Positions 45,252-57,699 of a stretch of 64,000 nucleotides of DNA are shown in pieces; positions within the stretch are counted from its first letter, which is position 1, and each line of letters begins with the position of its first letter. The DNA lies in contig JAYZEP010000001.1 of the NCBI GenBank assembly GCA_036337225.1, positions 72,405-136,404 of the forward strand, in the 5' to 3' direction. The notes beneath the pieces were generated by a model, which saw only the letters and a list, made by a program, of their open reading frames with translations, did not search any database and had not been told where the DNA came from. This DNA is from Thermodesulfobacteriota bacterium (GTDB lineage: Bacteria; Desulfobacterota_D; UBA1144). The translations under genes were made by a program, and so were the position numbers.

Positions 45252-47682
45252 CTATAAAATTCAATAGTTTATTTTCTACATAAATAGTTCTGGTTATTTT
45301 TTTGTTTTCTAAATATTTGAACAGGTTTTTATTGTTTTTTACATCATCAACAATGGTTGACTCTTCGTTGATATCGGAAGAGTAATTTAAAGTCCCTCTA
45401 GTCTTACCATTTATTTGTATAATAATTTTAATTTCATCTTTATTTATTATCTCATCATCCCACGTGGGCCAAATCAAATTAATGTTTTCCTCTTTATACT
45501 TAGTTAGTGACCAGAGCTCATTTGAGACATGAGGTATAAATGGGTTTATAAGCTGTAAGAACTGGAAAAGGAAAAAGCCGACAAGGTTATCGTTCTTATT
45601 CTTTTCTAAAAATTTATACCCAGAGTTTAAGAGTTCCATAAGAGATGCAATCGCGGTATTGAACTGCATATTGTTAATATCATGTGTAACCTTCTTTGTG
45701 GTTTTATGTATTTTAATTAATAGATTTTTCTCTTCTCCATTGAGAGTTGAAAAATCTTTACTAAACTCATTTGTTGCTAGAGTAGTATTCTTCGATATAA
45801 AACTCCAAACACGTTTGACAAATCTATTGGACCCCTCAATCCCCTGGTCACTCCATTCCAAGTCCTTATCTACTGGTGCGGAGAACAAAATAAATAATCT
45901 AATTGTATCCGCCCCAAGCCTTTCTATAATTTCTTCTGGATCGACTGTGTTACCAAGGGATTTGGACATTTTGGCGCCATTATTCAGGACCATGCCCTGA
46001 GTTACCAAGCTATCAAAAGGCTCTTTAATTTTAGACTTCCCAAGTTTGTTTAATGAGTGGACGAAAAACCTGGAATAAAGGAGATGCAATATTGCATGTT
46101 CCACCCCGCCGATGTATTGGTCAACTGGCATCCATTTGTTATATTCGTCGTCAAACATTGTTTCGGAATTTGGAGAGCAAAAACGAGCAAAATACCATGA
46201 TGATTCAAAAAAGGTATCAAATGTGTCAGTTTCTCTAATCGCTGGCTTTCCCGTATGAGGGCACTTTGTATATTTCCATGTTGGATGATTATCTAATGGA
46301 TTTCCACTTTGTTTCCAGTCTATATCATCAGGTAGTTCGATAGGTAGGTCGTCTTCTGGTACTGGAACTATAGTGCCATCATCTAAATACATAATAGGTA
46401 TTGGGCATCCCCAGTAGCGCTGTCTTGATATCCCCCAGTCGCGCAATTTGTATTTTATCGCCTCTCTTCCCGCGCCCTTATTTTTTAAATCACTAATTAT
46501 TTTAATTTGAGCTTCTTGTGTTGATAAACCATCTAAGAATTCTGAATTGATCATCAACCCATCTTCCGTGTAGGCCTCTTTCAGTTTATGGCCAGATTTT
46601 GTCTTGCTAACAACTTGTACTATCTCCAACTTGTATTTCTTGGCGAACTCGAAGTCTCTTTGATCATGTGCGGGACAACCAAACACTGCCCCTGTGCCAT
46701 ACCCCATTAAGATAAAATTCGCTATATAAACAGGTATTTCCTTTTTTGTGTAGGGATGCACTACTCTTAATGAAGTATCCATTCCAAGCTTGTCGGCTTT
46801 TTCTAGTTCTTCAGTGCTAGAGCCTATGCTCTTGCACAGCTCAATAAAGCCGGAGACTTCAGAATTTTTCTTAGCTAACTGTGAACTGATTGGATGGTCA
46901 GGCGAAAGCCCAATGAATGATGCTCCAAATATTGTGTCAGGCCTGGTAGTGAACACCTCTATGGTTTCCGCGGAATTAATTAGCTGAAAGTTTATTAAAG
47001 CCCCCGAAGATTTACCAATCCAGTTTTCTTGCATAGATAAAACTTTTTTAGGCCAATTACTTAGCGCTCTTAATCCATTGTTTAGATCCTCAGCAAAATC
47101 AGTTATTTTTAAAAACCACTGAGAAAGCTTCTTTTGCTCTACTGGCGCCCCAGATCTCCAGCCCTTTCCATCAATTACTTGCTCATTTGCCAAGACTGTC
47201 TTGTCTACGGGGTCCCAATTTACATAAGATTCCTTCTTGTAGGCTAAGCCAGAGTTGTATAAATCCAAAAAAAATTTTTGTTCGTGAACAAAATACTTTT
47301 TATCACAGGTTTTGATTTCTCGGGCCCAGTCATAAGATAATCCCATCTGCTTCAACTGCGATTTCATTGCTTCGATGTTTGCATAGGTCCACTCTCTAGG
47401 GTGAACGTTGTTTTGAATTGCCGCATTCTCTGCTGGCATACCAAAGGCATCCCACCCCATGGGGTGTAAGACGTTATATCCACTAGCCCTTTTGAACCTT
47501 GCTATAACGTCGCCAATCGCATAGTTTCTTACATGACCCATATGAATTCTTCCAGACGGATAAGGGAACATTTCTAATATATAGTATTTTTTTTTGTCGG
47601 TATTTTTATTAGCTAAGAACAAGCCACTGTCTTGCCACTCTTCTTGCCATTTTCTTTCAATTTCTAGGTGCTTATACTCCAT
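45244..47682 (-). CDS. leuS: Leucyl-tRNA synthetase.
   Basis: The HIGH motif ([15 protein letters not shown]) and the KMSKS motif (KMSKSLGN) are present. The protein is 812 aa. Confidence 0.95.
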   Translation of the reverse strand: MEYKHLEIERKWQEEWQDSGLFLANKNTDKKKYYILEMFPYPSGRIHMGHVRNYAIGDVIARFKRASGYNVLHPMGWDAFGMPAENAAIQNNVHPREWTYANIEAMKSQLKQMGLSYDWAREIKTCDKKYFVHEQKFFLDLYNSGLAYKKESYVNWDPVDKTVLANEQVIDGKGWRSGAPVEQKKLSQWFLKITDFAEDLNNGLRALSNWPKKVLSMQENWIGKSSGALINFQLINSAETIEVFTTRPDTIFGASFIGLSPDHPISSQLAKKNSEVSGFIELCKSIGSSTEELEKADKLGMDTSLRVVHPYTKKEIPVYIANFILMGYGTGAVFGCPAHDQRDFEFAKKYKLEIVQVVSKTKSGHKLKEAYTEDGLMINSEFLDGLSTQEAQIKIISDLKNKGAGREAIKYKLRDWGISRQRYWGCPIPIMYLDDGTIVPVPEDDLPIELPDDIDWKQSGNPLDNHPTWKYTKCPHTGKPAIRETDTFDTFFESSWYFARFCSPNSETMFDDEYNKWMPVDQYIGGVEHAILHLLYSRFFVHSLNKLGKSKIKEPFDSLVTQGMVLNNGAKMSKSLGNTVDPEEIIERLGADTIRLFILFSAPVDKDLEWSDQGIEGSNRFVKRVWSFISKNTTLATNEFSKDFSTLNGEEKNLLIKIHKTTKKVTHDINNMQFNTAIASLMELLNSGYKFLEKNKNDNLVGFFLFQFLQLINPFIPHVSNELWSLTKYKEENINLIWPTWDDEIINKDEIKIIIQINGKTRGTLNYSSDINEESTIVDDVKNNKNLFKYLENKKITRTIYVENKLLNFIVK

Positions 47683-47730
47683 GGCTATTTTTACTAAAAA
47701 ACATTATAGTTTAATTTTAATATATACATC

Positions 47731-48441
47731 ATGAATGAAGAAGATAAAAATCTACAAATAAAAAAAATAAGGAGAGGCGCAAGGAATCTAAAATCTCTGG
47801 GAATCCAAGGCATTTATTTAAAGAAAACGGATAGAGATAAAATATTAAATTTGATTCAAGAAAATACGGGGCCTAATACTCAATTTAACAGCCTGGAAGA
47901 AATCAAGCTTGCCGTAGAAAAATGCAAATTGTGCCCTTTGCATAAGGAGAGAAACAATACCGTCTTTTCTCGAGGAGACGATAAGGCTGACATAATGTTT
48001 ATTGGAGAAGGCCCAGGGAGAGACGAAGATATGGCAGGGGTACCATTTGTGGGTAGGGCGGGCAAGCTTCTTGATAAGATTATGTTTAATGAAGATGCGA
48101 TGAACTTATCGATACACGATGTTTATATTTGCAATATTGTTAAGTGCAGACCACCAGACAACAGAAAGCCAGAGCTTAATGAGATGGAAGCATGTTCTAA
48201 TTATCTGGCGAGGCAAATTTCTTTTGTCAGCCCCAAAGTAATAGTATGTCTTGGCGCGACAGCAGCGGAAGGTATCCTCGGGACGAAAGATAGAATAATG
48301 GATCTAAGAGGTAAATTTTTTGATAAATACAATGCGAAAATTATAGTCACCTACCACCCTGCAGCATTATTAAGAGATGGTTCACGAAAGAAGCTTGTTT
48401 GGGAAGATATGCAATTGGTGATGAAAGAGATTAAAAAATGA
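47731..48441 (+). CDS. Uracil-DNA glycosylase, family 4.
   Basis: CKLCPLHK...[31 protein letters not shown] is the family-4 UDG signature. Confidence 0.85.
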   Translation: MNEEDKNLQIKKIRRGARNLKSLGIQGIYLKKTDRDKILNLIQENTGPNTQFNSLEEIKLAVEKCKLCPLHKERNNTVFSRGDDKADIMFIGEGPGRDEDMAGVPFVGRAGKLLDKIMFNEDAMNLSIHDVYICNIVKCRPPDNRKPELNEMEACSNYLARQISFVSPKVIVCLGATAAEGILGTKDRIMDLRGKFFDKYNAKIIVTYHPAALLRDGSRKKLVWEDMQLVMKEIKK

Positions 48442-50519
48442 CAAACAGGCTACATAATGAAAATAGCCCATACTTGCTCCAACACTCGAAAAACCCAGTA
48501 GATTGGTTTCCGTGGTGCGACGAAGCCTTCGCTGTGTCTAAAGAAAAAGATCTGCCCATATTTCTATCTATTGGTTATTCCACCTGCCACTGGTGTCACG
48601 TTATGGAAAAAGAATCTTTTGAAGACCAGGAAGTTGCAAGTATTCTGAACTCTAATTTTGTTTCAATCAAGGTCGATAGGGAGCAAAGACCAGATTTAGA
48701 CAGTATTTATATGGCCGTGTGCCAGATGATGACCAGCAGGGGTGGTTGGCCCTTGACGATAATTATGACCCCAGACAAAATCCCATTTTTCGCAGGCACG
48801 TATTTTCCGAAACAAGGCAGAAACGGAATGGTTGGCCTCTTGGAATTGTTGCCGAAAGTTAACGAGGTGTGGACTGAGAAACGGGAAGATGTAATTCAGT
48901 CTAGCAATGCAATCCTTGGTTCGCTACGAGAAGTTTCGAACCCCAAAGTTCCTGATAGCTTTATTGCAAAAAAAGATATGGAGGAGATATTTGAAAGCCT
49001 AAAAGATTTCTTTGATGAAAAGTTTGGAGGATTTGGAGAAGCTCCAAAATTTCCTAGCCCCCAAAATATGATTTTTCTTGCAAAATTCTACAAGGATACA
49101 AAAAATAAAGATGCGCTAAGGATGATAGACCAAACTTTAACTTCAATGAGACTGGGAGGGATTTACGACCATATAGGGTATGGATTTCATCGATATTCAA
49201 CGGATGTACAATGGCTTGTCCCCCACTTTGAAAAAATGCTATATGATCAAGCAATGATTTTAGAAGCATTAGTTGAAGCCTACCAGGTTCAAAGTAAAGA
49301 TTTGTTTAGGGAGACCGCGGATGAAGTCCATTTGTATATCCAAGAAGTTCTTTTGTCAAAGGATGGGGGACTCTTTTCAGCAGAAGATGCTGACAGCGAG
49401 GAAGGCGAAGGTGCCTTTTATCAATGGTCTTCAGATGAACTTAAAAATATATTAACCAGTGATGAATATTCTTTCTTTAGCCATGTCTACAGCATTGAAG
49501 AAGAGGGAAATTTTCTCGAAGAGACCACAAAAGATAAGAATGGAAAAAACATTATTCATTTAAAGGATGAGATTAGCTCCTTCTCGTCTACTTTTTCACT
49601 CACTGCTGAAATGATTACATCAGAAGCGAGTAGAATTAAAGAAAAAATTAAAGTACAACGAAACCAAAGAAGACGACCTTCTTTGGACGACAAAATTCTC
49701 ACTGACTGGAATGGTTTGATGATTTCATCACTTGCAAAAGGATATAGAGTTTTTAACAATCCGAATTATCTTAATACTGCCAGAAATGGATTTGAATTTA
49801 TTAAAACGAATATGATAGCAGACGATTATTCTCTTCTCCATTGCTACAGGAATGGTAAGGTAGCAATTCCAGGCCTAATAGATGATTATTCTTTTTTAAC
49901 CAAAGCATGTATAGATCTTTATGAAGCGACACTCAACCCGAATTTTCTTAATTATGGGGTAGGAATTTGTAGAAAAATGATAGAGCTCTTTTGGGATGAC
50001 GAGAGAGGGTCTTTCTTTGCAACCAGAAAAGATGATTCGGATGTTATAGTGCGACAAAAAAATTTATTAGACGGGGCACTTCCCTCTGGCAACTCTGTTG
50101 GCCTATATGATTTGATTAAGATTGGGAATTACACTAATGATAGTTCTTTAATAAAAAAAGCACACAAATTATCTTCTCAGCTTGGTGAGATGGCCAAAAA
50201 GTTTCCGATTAATCTCGCGCAGTTCTTAGCTAACCACTATTCTCTTTTGTCTGAGAATCTACAAATAGTTATTTTAAGCAAAGAAGAGGAGCCAAGGTTG
50301 GACAATAAAATTATTGAATATCTCATCAATTTTGAACACGCAAATAAATCAATATTTTATATTTCTTCCAACGCTGATAGAAAGGCGTACGAGAATATTT
50401 TACTAAACTCTGATTTTCTCCCGGGTTTGAGCGAAAAATTTCAAGTATTTATCTGTAAGGATTATAATTGCAACCTACCGGTTTCAGGTTTAAGTGAAAT
50501 AAAAAAAATCTTGGAGTAG
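48438..50519 (+). CDS. Thioredoxin-domain protein of the DUF255/YyaL family, with a C-terminal six-hairpin glycosidase-like domain.
   Basis: [13 protein letters not shown]...[20 protein letters not shown] is the N-terminal thioredoxin-like signature. The protein is 693 aa. Confidence 0.85.
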   Translation: MTNRLHNENSPYLLQHSKNPVDWFPWCDEAFAVSKEKDLPIFLSIGYSTCHWCHVMEKESFEDQEVASILNSNFVSIKVDREQRPDLDSIYMAVCQMMTSRGGWPLTIIMTPDKIPFFAGTYFPKQGRNGMVGLLELLPKVNEVWTEKREDVIQSSNAILGSLREVSNPKVPDSFIAKKDMEEIFESLKDFFDEKFGGFGEAPKFPSPQNMIFLAKFYKDTKNKDALRMIDQTLTSMRLGGIYDHIGYGFHRYSTDVQWLVPHFEKMLYDQAMILEALVEAYQVQSKDLFRETADEVHLYIQEVLLSKDGGLFSAEDADSEEGEGAFYQWSSDELKNILTSDEYSFFSHVYSIEEEGNFLEETTKDKNGKNIIHLKDEISSFSSTFSLTAEMITSEASRIKEKIKVQRNQRRRPSLDDKILTDWNGLMISSLAKGYRVFNNPNYLNTARNGFEFIKTNMIADDYSLLHCYRNGKVAIPGLIDDYSFLTKACIDLYEATLNPNFLNYGVGICRKMIELFWDDERGSFFATRKDDSDVIVRQKNLLDGALPSGNSVGLYDLIKIGNYTNDSSLIKKAHKLSSQLGEMAKKFPINLAQFLANHYSLLSENLQIVILSKEEEPRLDNKIIEYLINFEHANKSIFYISSNADRKAYENILLNSDFLPGLSEKFQVFICKDYNCNLPVSGLSEIKKILE

Positions 50520-50522
50520 GCC

Positions 50523-52409
50523 CTACGCCTTGCTTGCTAAAACCAACTCATTTTTTTTGATATATATCATTAGTATGCTGATAGCAGCCGGTGTGATTCC
50601 CGAAATCCTGGACGCTTGACCGATGGTTTCGGGTTTAATTTTTAGAAGTTTCTGTTTTAATTCATTTGACAGGCCAGGTATTTTTTCAACTTCCAGGGCT
50701 ACAGGAATTTCTGTTGCTTGTAGCTTGGATATTTTTTTAATATCCTCATTCTGTCGACCAATGTAACCCTCATACTTTATCTCATTCTCAATAAGTGATT
50801 TTAAAATCTTATCTCTGGTGAGTTTTTTTTCTGGACTAAACCTTATTAAATCGTCATAAAAAACTCCTGGTCTCCTTAATATTTCTTTGTAACTGCATGG
50901 TTTTTTCAACTCAGCTGTGCCAAGCTCACCTAGAATCTTGTTGTTCATGCGATTTGGAACAACCTTGCATGACTCTAAATCTTTCATGATGCTATTGAAC
51001 TCCTTCTCCTTCTTTGTGAATTGTTCAAACCGATTATCGTCTATAAGCCCAATACGGTAACCAAGTGGAGTTAGTCTGAAGTCGGCATTGTCATCTCTGA
51101 GTAAAAGCCTGTGCTCAGCACGCGATGTAAACATTCGATAAGGTTCGTCAACACCAAGGGTAATCAGATCATCAATCAAGATTCCAATATACGACTCAGA
51201 TCTTTTTAAGACTAGAGGTTCAGCGCTCTTACTTTTTAAAGAGGCATTGATTCCTGCAATTAGCCCTTGAGCCGCCGCTTCTTCGTACCCGGTAGTGCCG
51301 TTAACTTGACCAGCAAGGAAAAGATTATCAATTTTCTTGCTTTCAAGTGAATATTTCAGGTCTCGCGGATCGCAATAATCATATTCAACGGCATAACCAG
51401 GCCTGATTAGACTGGCGTCTTCAAGGCCCAACATGCTGTTGATTATTTGAATTTGTACATCAATCGGCAAACTCGTAGAGACGCCATTTGGATAAATTTC
51501 GTTTGTATTCAAACCTTCTGGTTCAAGAAATATCTGATGTCTTTCTTTGTCCGGAAATTTAACAATCTTATCCTCAATTGATGGGCAATACCTTGGTCCA
51601 ATCCCTTGAATTTGACCAGAGTACATTGGTGACCGATGTATATTCTTCCTTATTATCGTATGTGTGTCCTCATTGGTATAAGTTATATGACAAGGTAGTT
51701 GCTCATTTGCAACCTCAAAGTTTGTAAAGGAAAATAGTGAGGGATTTATATCACCTTGTTGTACTGTAGTTTTTTTCCAGTTAATTGTTCTTCCATCTAT
51801 CCTTGGTGGAGTTCCGGTTTTAAGCCTACCTACACTAAAGCCTAGCGCTTTAAAGGAATTAGAGATTTCTTTAGTTGGAGCTTCTCCCATTCTCCCCGCG
51901 CTAGTTTGAGAATCACCAATATGGATAAGTCCATTAGGAAAAGTTCCCGGAGTGACCACTATACAATTGGAGTAGATTTCCTCCCCATAACTAGTTTTAA
52001 TCCCTATAATCTTTGAATTTTTTTCTATTAGGGAATGGATTAATCTTTGTTTGATTGACAAGTTTTTTTGAGACTCAAGTGTTCTTTTTATATAGGTTCT
52101 ATACAAACTCCTATCCGCTTGAATTCGTGTAGCTTGAACCGCAGGACCCTTTCTTGTGTTTAACCTTCTATATTGAATAGAAGCAAAATCGGCTGCCTTA
52201 GCCATTTCTCCACCAAGAGCATCAATTTCTCTTACTAGATGACCCTTGCCGACTCCACCAATCGATGGATTACAGGACATTACCCCTATGGTGTCCAGGT
52301 TGGCAGTTACCAGCAGAGTCTTTGACCCTAACCTTGAAGAAGCAAGTGCAGCTTCACACCCGGCATGCCCACCTCCAACAACTATTACCTCGTATTCTTC
52401 GCGACTCAT
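50523..52409 (-). CDS. mnmG: tRNA uridine-5-carboxymethylaminomethyl synthesis enzyme MnmG (GidA).
   Basis: The N-terminus [23 protein letters not shown] is present. The protein is 628 aa. Confidence 0.95.
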   Translation of the reverse strand: MSREEYEVIVVGGGHAGCEAALASSRLGSKTLLVTANLDTIGVMSCNPSIGGVGKGHLVREIDALGGEMAKAADFASIQYRRLNTRKGPAVQATRIQADRSLYRTYIKRTLESQKNLSIKQRLIHSLIEKNSKIIGIKTSYGEEIYSNCIVVTPGTFPNGLIHIGDSQTSAGRMGEAPTKEISNSFKALGFSVGRLKTGTPPRIDGRTINWKKTTVQQGDINPSLFSFTNFEVANEQLPCHITYTNEDTHTIIRKNIHRSPMYSGQIQGIGPRYCPSIEDKIVKFPDKERHQIFLEPEGLNTNEIYPNGVSTSLPIDVQIQIINSMLGLEDASLIRPGYAVEYDYCDPRDLKYSLESKKIDNLFLAGQVNGTTGYEEAAAQGLIAGINASLKSKSAEPLVLKRSESYIGILIDDLITLGVDEPYRMFTSRAEHRLLLRDDNADFRLTPLGYRIGLIDDNRFEQFTKKEKEFNSIMKDLESCKVVPNRMNNKILGELGTAELKKPCSYKEILRRPGVFYDDLIRFSPEKKLTRDKILKSLIENEIKYEGYIGRQNEDIKKISKLQATEIPVALEVEKIPGLSNELKQKLLKIKPETIGQASRISGITPAAISILMIYIKKNELVLASKA

Positions 52410-52483
52410 AATTTCGTAATCTTATATTATTTCAAGAAAATTAAAAGATTTTAAATTTATTCAAAATATCTAATAATATCTAC

Positions 52484-53155
52484 ATGGCTACAACTGTTGT
52501 TGGAATTACCTGTGACATCAAGGGGAAGCTTTTTGAATCGGAAAAATTTTATTCTGAAAAAGTGCTTCAAGCTGGAGCTATACCATTCTATCTCCCTATG
52601 ACAACGTCTAGTAAACATATTATGTCAATCGTTGGAGAAATTGATGCCATTATTATTTCCGGAAGTAGAGATATTGATCCTGCATTGTACGGACAAAAGA
52701 AAACGAAAACAATCAATCCACTTGATGCTGCTCGAACGACTAGCGAAATTTTATATATTAATTCTATGAAAAGAAAACGAAAAAAAATTTTAGGTATTTG
52801 CGGTGGGATGCAATTAATCAATGTTTGCTTTGGTGGGACGCTACTCCAAGATATAGAATCAATTGTATCAAAACCGCTAAACCATAAAGATGGGGCAAGT
52901 CACGAGATCGTTATACAAAGAAAGTCGCTGCTGAGTAAAATAATTAAAAAGAAAAAAGTACGAGTTAAGAGTTACCATCATCAAGCAGTTGATGAAATAC
53001 CGCCCAGTTTTATGCCATGTGCAGAAAGTTCTGACAGGATCGTTGAAGGAATAGAGAGTCTTGATGGAAACATTTTGGGTGTGCAATGGCATCCGGAACT
53101 TTCGAATTCGATAGCCGATTCGAATATTTTTAGATGGTTGGTTAGGAAAAAGTAA
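52484..53155 (+). CDS. Class I glutamine amidotransferase-like protein (gamma-glutamyl hydrolase / PuuD-like).
   Basis: The nucleophile elbow is ILGICGGMQLIN. The catalytic histidine region is GVQWHPE. Confidence 0.8.
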   Translation: MATTVVGITCDIKGKLFESEKFYSEKVLQAGAIPFYLPMTTSSKHIMSIVGEIDAIIISGSRDIDPALYGQKKTKTINPLDAARTTSEILYINSMKRKRKKILGICGGMQLINVCFGGTLLQDIESIVSKPLNHKDGASHEIVIQRKSLLSKIIKKKKVRVKSYHHQAVDEIPPSFMPCAESSDRIVEGIESLDGNILGVQWHPELSNSIADSNIFRWLVRKK

Positions 53156-53183
53156 AATCTACTATTTTAATTAAGTTGTTAAC

Positions 53184-56018
53184 GTGAAGCATATAGTCTT
53201 AAAAGGAGTTAAAGAAAATAATTTAAAAAATATTAATGTCGATATCCCAAGAGGTCAAATAACCGTTTTAACGGGTATAAGCGGATCAGGTAAATCTACT
53301 TTGGCATTCGACACTATATTTGCGGAAGGGCAAAGGAGATATTTAGAATCATTATCAAGTTACGCCAGGCAGTTCGTTGATAGATTTAAAAAGCCAGATT
53401 TAGAATATATATCAGGGCTTTCACCCTCTGTATCCGTAAACCAAAAGACATTTATCCGTAATCCACGTTCTACCGTTGCAACCATTACGGAGATCTACGA
53501 TTTTTTGCGATTATTATACTCCAGGCTTGGCCAGGCCCATTGCTATAAATGCAACACCCTGATTGAGAAAGCATCACCGAGTTCGATAATTCATACAATT
53601 AAAAAGGACTTTCATGGAGAAGATTTAGAAATTTATTTTCCCTTAGCTATGGGAAGCAAGGGAGAGTTCAAAAACGAACTTGCATTGATGTCCAAATTTT
53701 TTTCAACGGTAAGAATCGATGGAAAGGTCCGTAGCCTCGGTGAGAAGATTACCTTAGAAAAGCAAAAAAAACACACCATAGAAATCTATATCGATAGCAT
53801 AAAAATTATAGATGAGAATTTTACGAGACTAAGAGAGTCGATTAATACGGCATTACAGTACGGAGAAGGCCTGGTGCTGGTTGAAACAAACGAAGAAGAG
53901 CGGATTTTTAATCAAAACCTGGCCTGTAACAATTGTGGCCTTACCCTTCCAGAAGTTTCTCCTAGACTGTTTTCTTTCAATAGTCCTTACGGTTGTTGTG
54001 AAGAATGCGAGGGAATCGGATATTTCGAATATTTCGATGAGGACTTAGTTGTCCCTGACCGATCTAAATCTATTAAAGAAGGGGCGATAAGGCCATTAAA
54101 GGACTCTCAATTGTATAAAAAATTACTAAAAGATTTTCTTTACCAGCAGAACATTGATGATTCAGAACCCTTTGAGAAATTATCAAAAAAAAACCAGGAT
54201 TTAATTTTTTACGGAAGCAGAAAGACTACAATAACAGACTTTATTAAAAAATATGAGAACATGGAAACCTCCTTTGATGGAATTATTAATATTCTAGAAA
54301 AATGGTTTGGTTCCTCAAAATCGGACGAGGTAAAAGATGTTCTTGGTAATTATAGAAAAATAGAAGTATGCAATACATGCAAAGGGAGCAGATTAAAGCC
54401 TCACGCATTAAGCGTACTTGTGAATGACTTAAATATTTTTCAGATTTGCAGTATGCCTGTTGGCCGATGCCTCAACTTTATAAAAAGGATTAAATTTAAA
54501 AACTCCCAACAAATAATATGGGAAAGGATTAAAGATGAAATAATTGATAGACTCGAATTCCTCTGCAATGTGGGACTAAATTACTTAACTTTAAATCGAA
54601 CTGCACCAACCCTATCTGGTGGAGAAGCACAAAGAATACGACTGGCTTCGCAATTAGGAGCAAAGCTGACAGGAATTACCTATGTTTTAGATGAGCCAAC
54701 AATAGGTCTGCACCCTAGAGACAATAAAATGCTTGCCGAATCACTACAACTTCTTAAGAAAAGAGGCAACACCGTTATAGTTGTTGAACACGATGAAGAA
54801 ACAATTAGAAGTAGTGATTACATTATCGATCTTGGCCCTGGAGCTGGATTTCATGGTGGCAGTGTCGTTGCAATGGGTCGACTATCAGATATATCAAAAA
54901 ATAAGTCATCGGTGACAGGTAGATACCTAGCAGGTCATAGAAAGATTAATACAAAACGATTAAATAAAAACCCGGATAAATATTTTGAAATAATAGGTGC
55001 TTCTCTAAATAACTTAAAAAAAATTAATATTAGAATACCTATAGGAAGACTATCCTGTGTTACTGGTGTGTCTGGTTCAGGAAAAAGTACACTTGTAGTG
55101 GATACCATATCCCAAGCCCTGCCTAACTATCTTCTCTCCCAGAAAAACAAATCGTTTCCCTTTATTCAATCTATAAAAGGGTACGAAAATTTTGATAAAA
55201 TAATTAGCATTAACCAGGCACCAATAGGAAGAACTCCGAGGTCTAATCCCGCAACATACGTAGGAATCTTCTCTACAATTAGAGAAATTTTTGCCTCTTT
55301 ACAACAATCTAAAATGAAAGGTTTTTCGGTAGGGAGATTTAGCTTCAATGTAAAAGAAGGAAGCTGTTCTGAATGTTCGGGTGCTGGTAGCGTAAAGATT
55401 GCGATGAACTTTCTTCCTGATGTAAACGTTACATGTGATTTGTGTGATGGAAAAAGATTTGATTCCGAAACTTTAAAGGTAACTTATAAAGAAAAAAATA
55501 TAGCGGACATATTACATATGACTTTCGAAGAAGCGGAAAATTTTTTCTCAGGATTTCCTACACTAAAGTCAAAAATTGAAATTATTAATTCTGTTGGGTT
55601 GGGGTATTTGCAAATTGGTCAAGCTGCTACAACTCTCTCTGGTGGTGAAGCGCAAAGAATTAAGTTGTCGAGAGAACTGATAAAAAAAAATACAGGCAGA
55701 GGATTGTATATTCTGGATGAACCTACAATTGGTTTACATTTCTCAGATGTTGACAAGTTGCTGAACGCTATTTATCAATTAAGAGAATCAGGAAACACTG
55801 TTGTTATTATTGAGCACAATATGGACATAATTAATGCTTGCGACTACATAATTGATCTAGGTCCAGGTGGGGGAGAGGATGGAGGCAGGGTTCTTTTTCA
55901 AGGGCCTATTGAGGATTTTGAAAATTGTAAAAAATCTGAGACTGCATATTATTTAAGGAAGCACCTAGATAGGCTAATACGAAGTAGTAAAGTTAGAAAT
56001 AATAAGGCTAAAAAGTAA
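53184..56018 (+). CDS. uvrA: Excinuclease ABC subunit A (GTG start).
   Basis: LTGISGSGKSTLAFDTIFAEGQRRY is present. There are two ABC ATPase modules, two LSGGE signatures and zinc-finger cysteines. The protein is 944 aa. Confidence 0.95.
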   Translation: MKHIVLKGVKENNLKNINVDIPRGQITVLTGISGSGKSTLAFDTIFAEGQRRYLESLSSYARQFVDRFKKPDLEYISGLSPSVSVNQKTFIRNPRSTVATITEIYDFLRLLYSRLGQAHCYKCNTLIEKASPSSIIHTIKKDFHGEDLEIYFPLAMGSKGEFKNELALMSKFFSTVRIDGKVRSLGEKITLEKQKKHTIEIYIDSIKIIDENFTRLRESINTALQYGEGLVLVETNEEERIFNQNLACNNCGLTLPEVSPRLFSFNSPYGCCEECEGIGYFEYFDEDLVVPDRSKSIKEGAIRPLKDSQLYKKLLKDFLYQQNIDDSEPFEKLSKKNQDLIFYGSRKTTITDFIKKYENMETSFDGIINILEKWFGSSKSDEVKDVLGNYRKIEVCNTCKGSRLKPHALSVLVNDLNIFQICSMPVGRCLNFIKRIKFKNSQQIIWERIKDEIIDRLEFLCNVGLNYLTLNRTAPTLSGGEAQRIRLASQLGAKLTGITYVLDEPTIGLHPRDNKMLAESLQLLKKRGNTVIVVEHDEETIRSSDYIIDLGPGAGFHGGSVVAMGRLSDISKNKSSVTGRYLAGHRKINTKRLNKNPDKYFEIIGASLNNLKKINIRIPIGRLSCVTGVSGSGKSTLVVDTISQALPNYLLSQKNKSFPFIQSIKGYENFDKIISINQAPIGRTPRSNPATYVGIFSTIREIFASLQQSKMKGFSVGRFSFNVKEGSCSECSGAGSVKIAMNFLPDVNVTCDLCDGKRFDSETLKVTYKEKNIADILHMTFEEAENFFSGFPTLKSKIEIINSVGLGYLQIGQAATTLSGGEAQRIKLSRELIKKNTGRGLYILDEPTIGLHFSDVDKLLNAIYQLRESGNTVVIIEHNMDIINACDYIIDLGPGGGEDGGRVLFQGPIEDFENCKKSETAYYLRKHLDRLIRSSKVRNNKAKK

Positions 56019-56204
56019 GAAAGCAACAACGAGCCCGATCATGACATAACAGTGCTTGTGATCGACTCCTCGCTTGGAGTTTGGGACTCTATCTGGATAA
56101 GAAAGAACGACAGAATCTTCTTCGACCGCCTCCTCTTCAACTATATCTGTCGAACCCGGCTCTGGTTCACCGGTCTCGCTTTCTACTTTACTCTCTTCTG
56201 ACAT
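55974..56204 (-). CDS. Hypothetical small protein of 76 aa, with an acidic N-terminus and a C-terminal transmembrane helix. Its 3' end overlaps the 3' end of uvrA on the opposite strand.
   Basis: The ORF lies in an otherwise non-coding gap of about 330 nt. It has a strongly acidic N-terminus and a single hydrophobic C-terminal segment (IGLVVAFLLFSLIIS). There is no obvious Shine-Dalgarno sequence. Confidence 0.3.
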   Translation of the reverse strand: MSEESKVESETGEPEPGSTDIVEEEAVEEDSVVLSYPDRVPNSKRGVDHKHCYVMIGLVVAFLLFSLIISNFTTSY

Positions 56205-56345
56205 GACATAGATGATAAACTAAAGCACTAAGATTTTAAATAAAATATTGTTAAGAATGTAATACTGTTGTATCCTTAGTTTTTAGCAATTTTTCCAAGA
56301 TTTTTGGTCTATTAGAGCTAAAAATTGTACGAGGAGGAGAGAAAA

Positions 56346-57188
56346 ATGGCAGATTATGCAAAACCCGAGGTTCTAGTATCAACCGACTGGGTACTTGAAA
56401 ACAAGGGAAAAGAAGGAATCAAGATTGTTGAGTCCGATGAAGATATTCTTCTCTATGAAGTTAGTCACATTGAAGGTGCGATTAAACTAGATTGGGAAAC
56501 GGAGCTTCAAGATAGCCTGATAAGAGATTATGTTAATCAGGACAATTTTGAAGCACTTTTATCCTCTAAGGGTATTTCGGAAGATGATACAGTTGTTTTC
56601 TACGGAGACAAAAGTAATTGGTGGGCATGTTATGCAATGTGGACATTTAAAATTTATGGACACGAAAAGTGTCTTATAATGAACGGAGGAAGACAGAAGT
56701 GGCTTGACGAGGAAAAGCCAGTTGTCAAAGATGCTCCTTCGTACCCTGCGACAAATTACAAGGTAAAAAATACCAATACAAACATAAGGGCTTTTCGAGA
56801 CCAAGTCGAAGCTCATAGTGAGGCCAATAACCCATTAATCGATGTACGTTCACCTAAAGAATATTCTGGCGAACTACTTCATATGGAAGCCTATCCACAA
56901 GAAGGTGCTTTAAGGGGTGGCCATATTCGAAACGCGGCAAGTGTTCCTTGGGCAACTGCGGCAAACGAAGATGGTACTTTTAAATCAGCAGATGAATTAG
57001 TTAAAATTTATCAAGATGGCGCTGGGCTTAAATCGGGCGATGATGTAATTGTCTATTGCCGTATCGGTGAAAGATCCTCACATACCTGGTTTGTTCTTAC
57101 CTATCTTCTTGGATTTGAAGATGTGAAAAACTACGATGGTTCATGGACGGAGTGGGGCAACTTAGTTCGAGCACCAATTGAAAAGTAG
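56346..57188 (+). CDS. Thiosulfate/3-mercaptopyruvate sulfurtransferase (tandem rhodanese domains). The start is taken as the ATG at 56346, preceded by a ribosome-binding site GAGGAGGAG.
   Basis: There are two rhodanese domains. The active-site loop is [11 protein letters not shown]. The ORF track starts at an upstream TTG (56325), but the ribosome-binding site supports 56346. Confidence 0.85.
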   Translation: MADYAKPEVLVSTDWVLENKGKEGIKIVESDEDILLYEVSHIEGAIKLDWETELQDSLIRDYVNQDNFEALLSSKGISEDDTVVFYGDKSNWWACYAMWTFKIYGHEKCLIMNGGRQKWLDEEKPVVKDAPSYPATNYKVKNTNTNIRAFRDQVEAHSEANNPLIDVRSPKEYSGELLHMEAYPQEGALRGGHIRNAASVPWATAANEDGTFKSADELVKIYQDGAGLKSGDDVIVYCRIGERSSHTWFVLTYLLGFEDVKNYDGSWTEWGNLVRAPIEK

Positions 57189-57200
57189 TTAGAGATAAGA

Positions 57201-57632
57201 ATGTCCGTGGAAGTAAAAGATAAGCAAGAATTGATGGATTTTATCCTCGATCACTATGAAAACCCTAGGAATACGGGCTCCATTGAGGATGCAGATGTTG
57301 AACAGGGTCGTTGTGATGTTTTACAAAAAGGGGGGAACCCTGGATGTGGCGATATAATAACAATTTGCCTTAAAGTTGAGGATAAAATCATCAAGGATTT
57401 TAAGTTCGAGGGAGAAGGTTGCATTGTCAGCCAAGCGGGGGCCTCTATCATCTCTGAAATGGTTATAGGGAAAGATATTGATGAAATCACGAGCATGGGC
57501 CCTGAGTTGATGGCGGAGATTTTAGGGGAGGATCTTGCACTTTCAAGACCCAAGTGCTCAACCTTAGGTATTACTACCTTAAAACTGGCAATAAGAGAGT
57601 TGGAACGACAAGAATTAAAAAAACTTGCCTAA
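57201..57632 (+). CDS. SufU/IscU-like Fe-S cluster assembly scaffold (NifU N-terminal-like domain).
   Basis: YENPRNTGSIEDAD...GNPGCGDIITICLKV...FEGEGCIVSQAGASIISEMV shows the three conserved cysteines (GNPxCGD, GCxxS) and the overall family pattern. Confidence 0.75.
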   Translation: MSVEVKDKQELMDFILDHYENPRNTGSIEDADVEQGRCDVLQKGGNPGCGDIITICLKVEDKIIKDFKFEGEGCIVSQAGASIISEMVIGKDIDEITSMGPELMAEILGEDLALSRPKCSTLGITTLKLAIRELERQELKKLA

Positions 57633-57699
57633 ACATGCCTTTTCTTCCAAAATCTTTTATACTTAACTATTACCTATTTCTTATTAGGGGGATAAAAAC

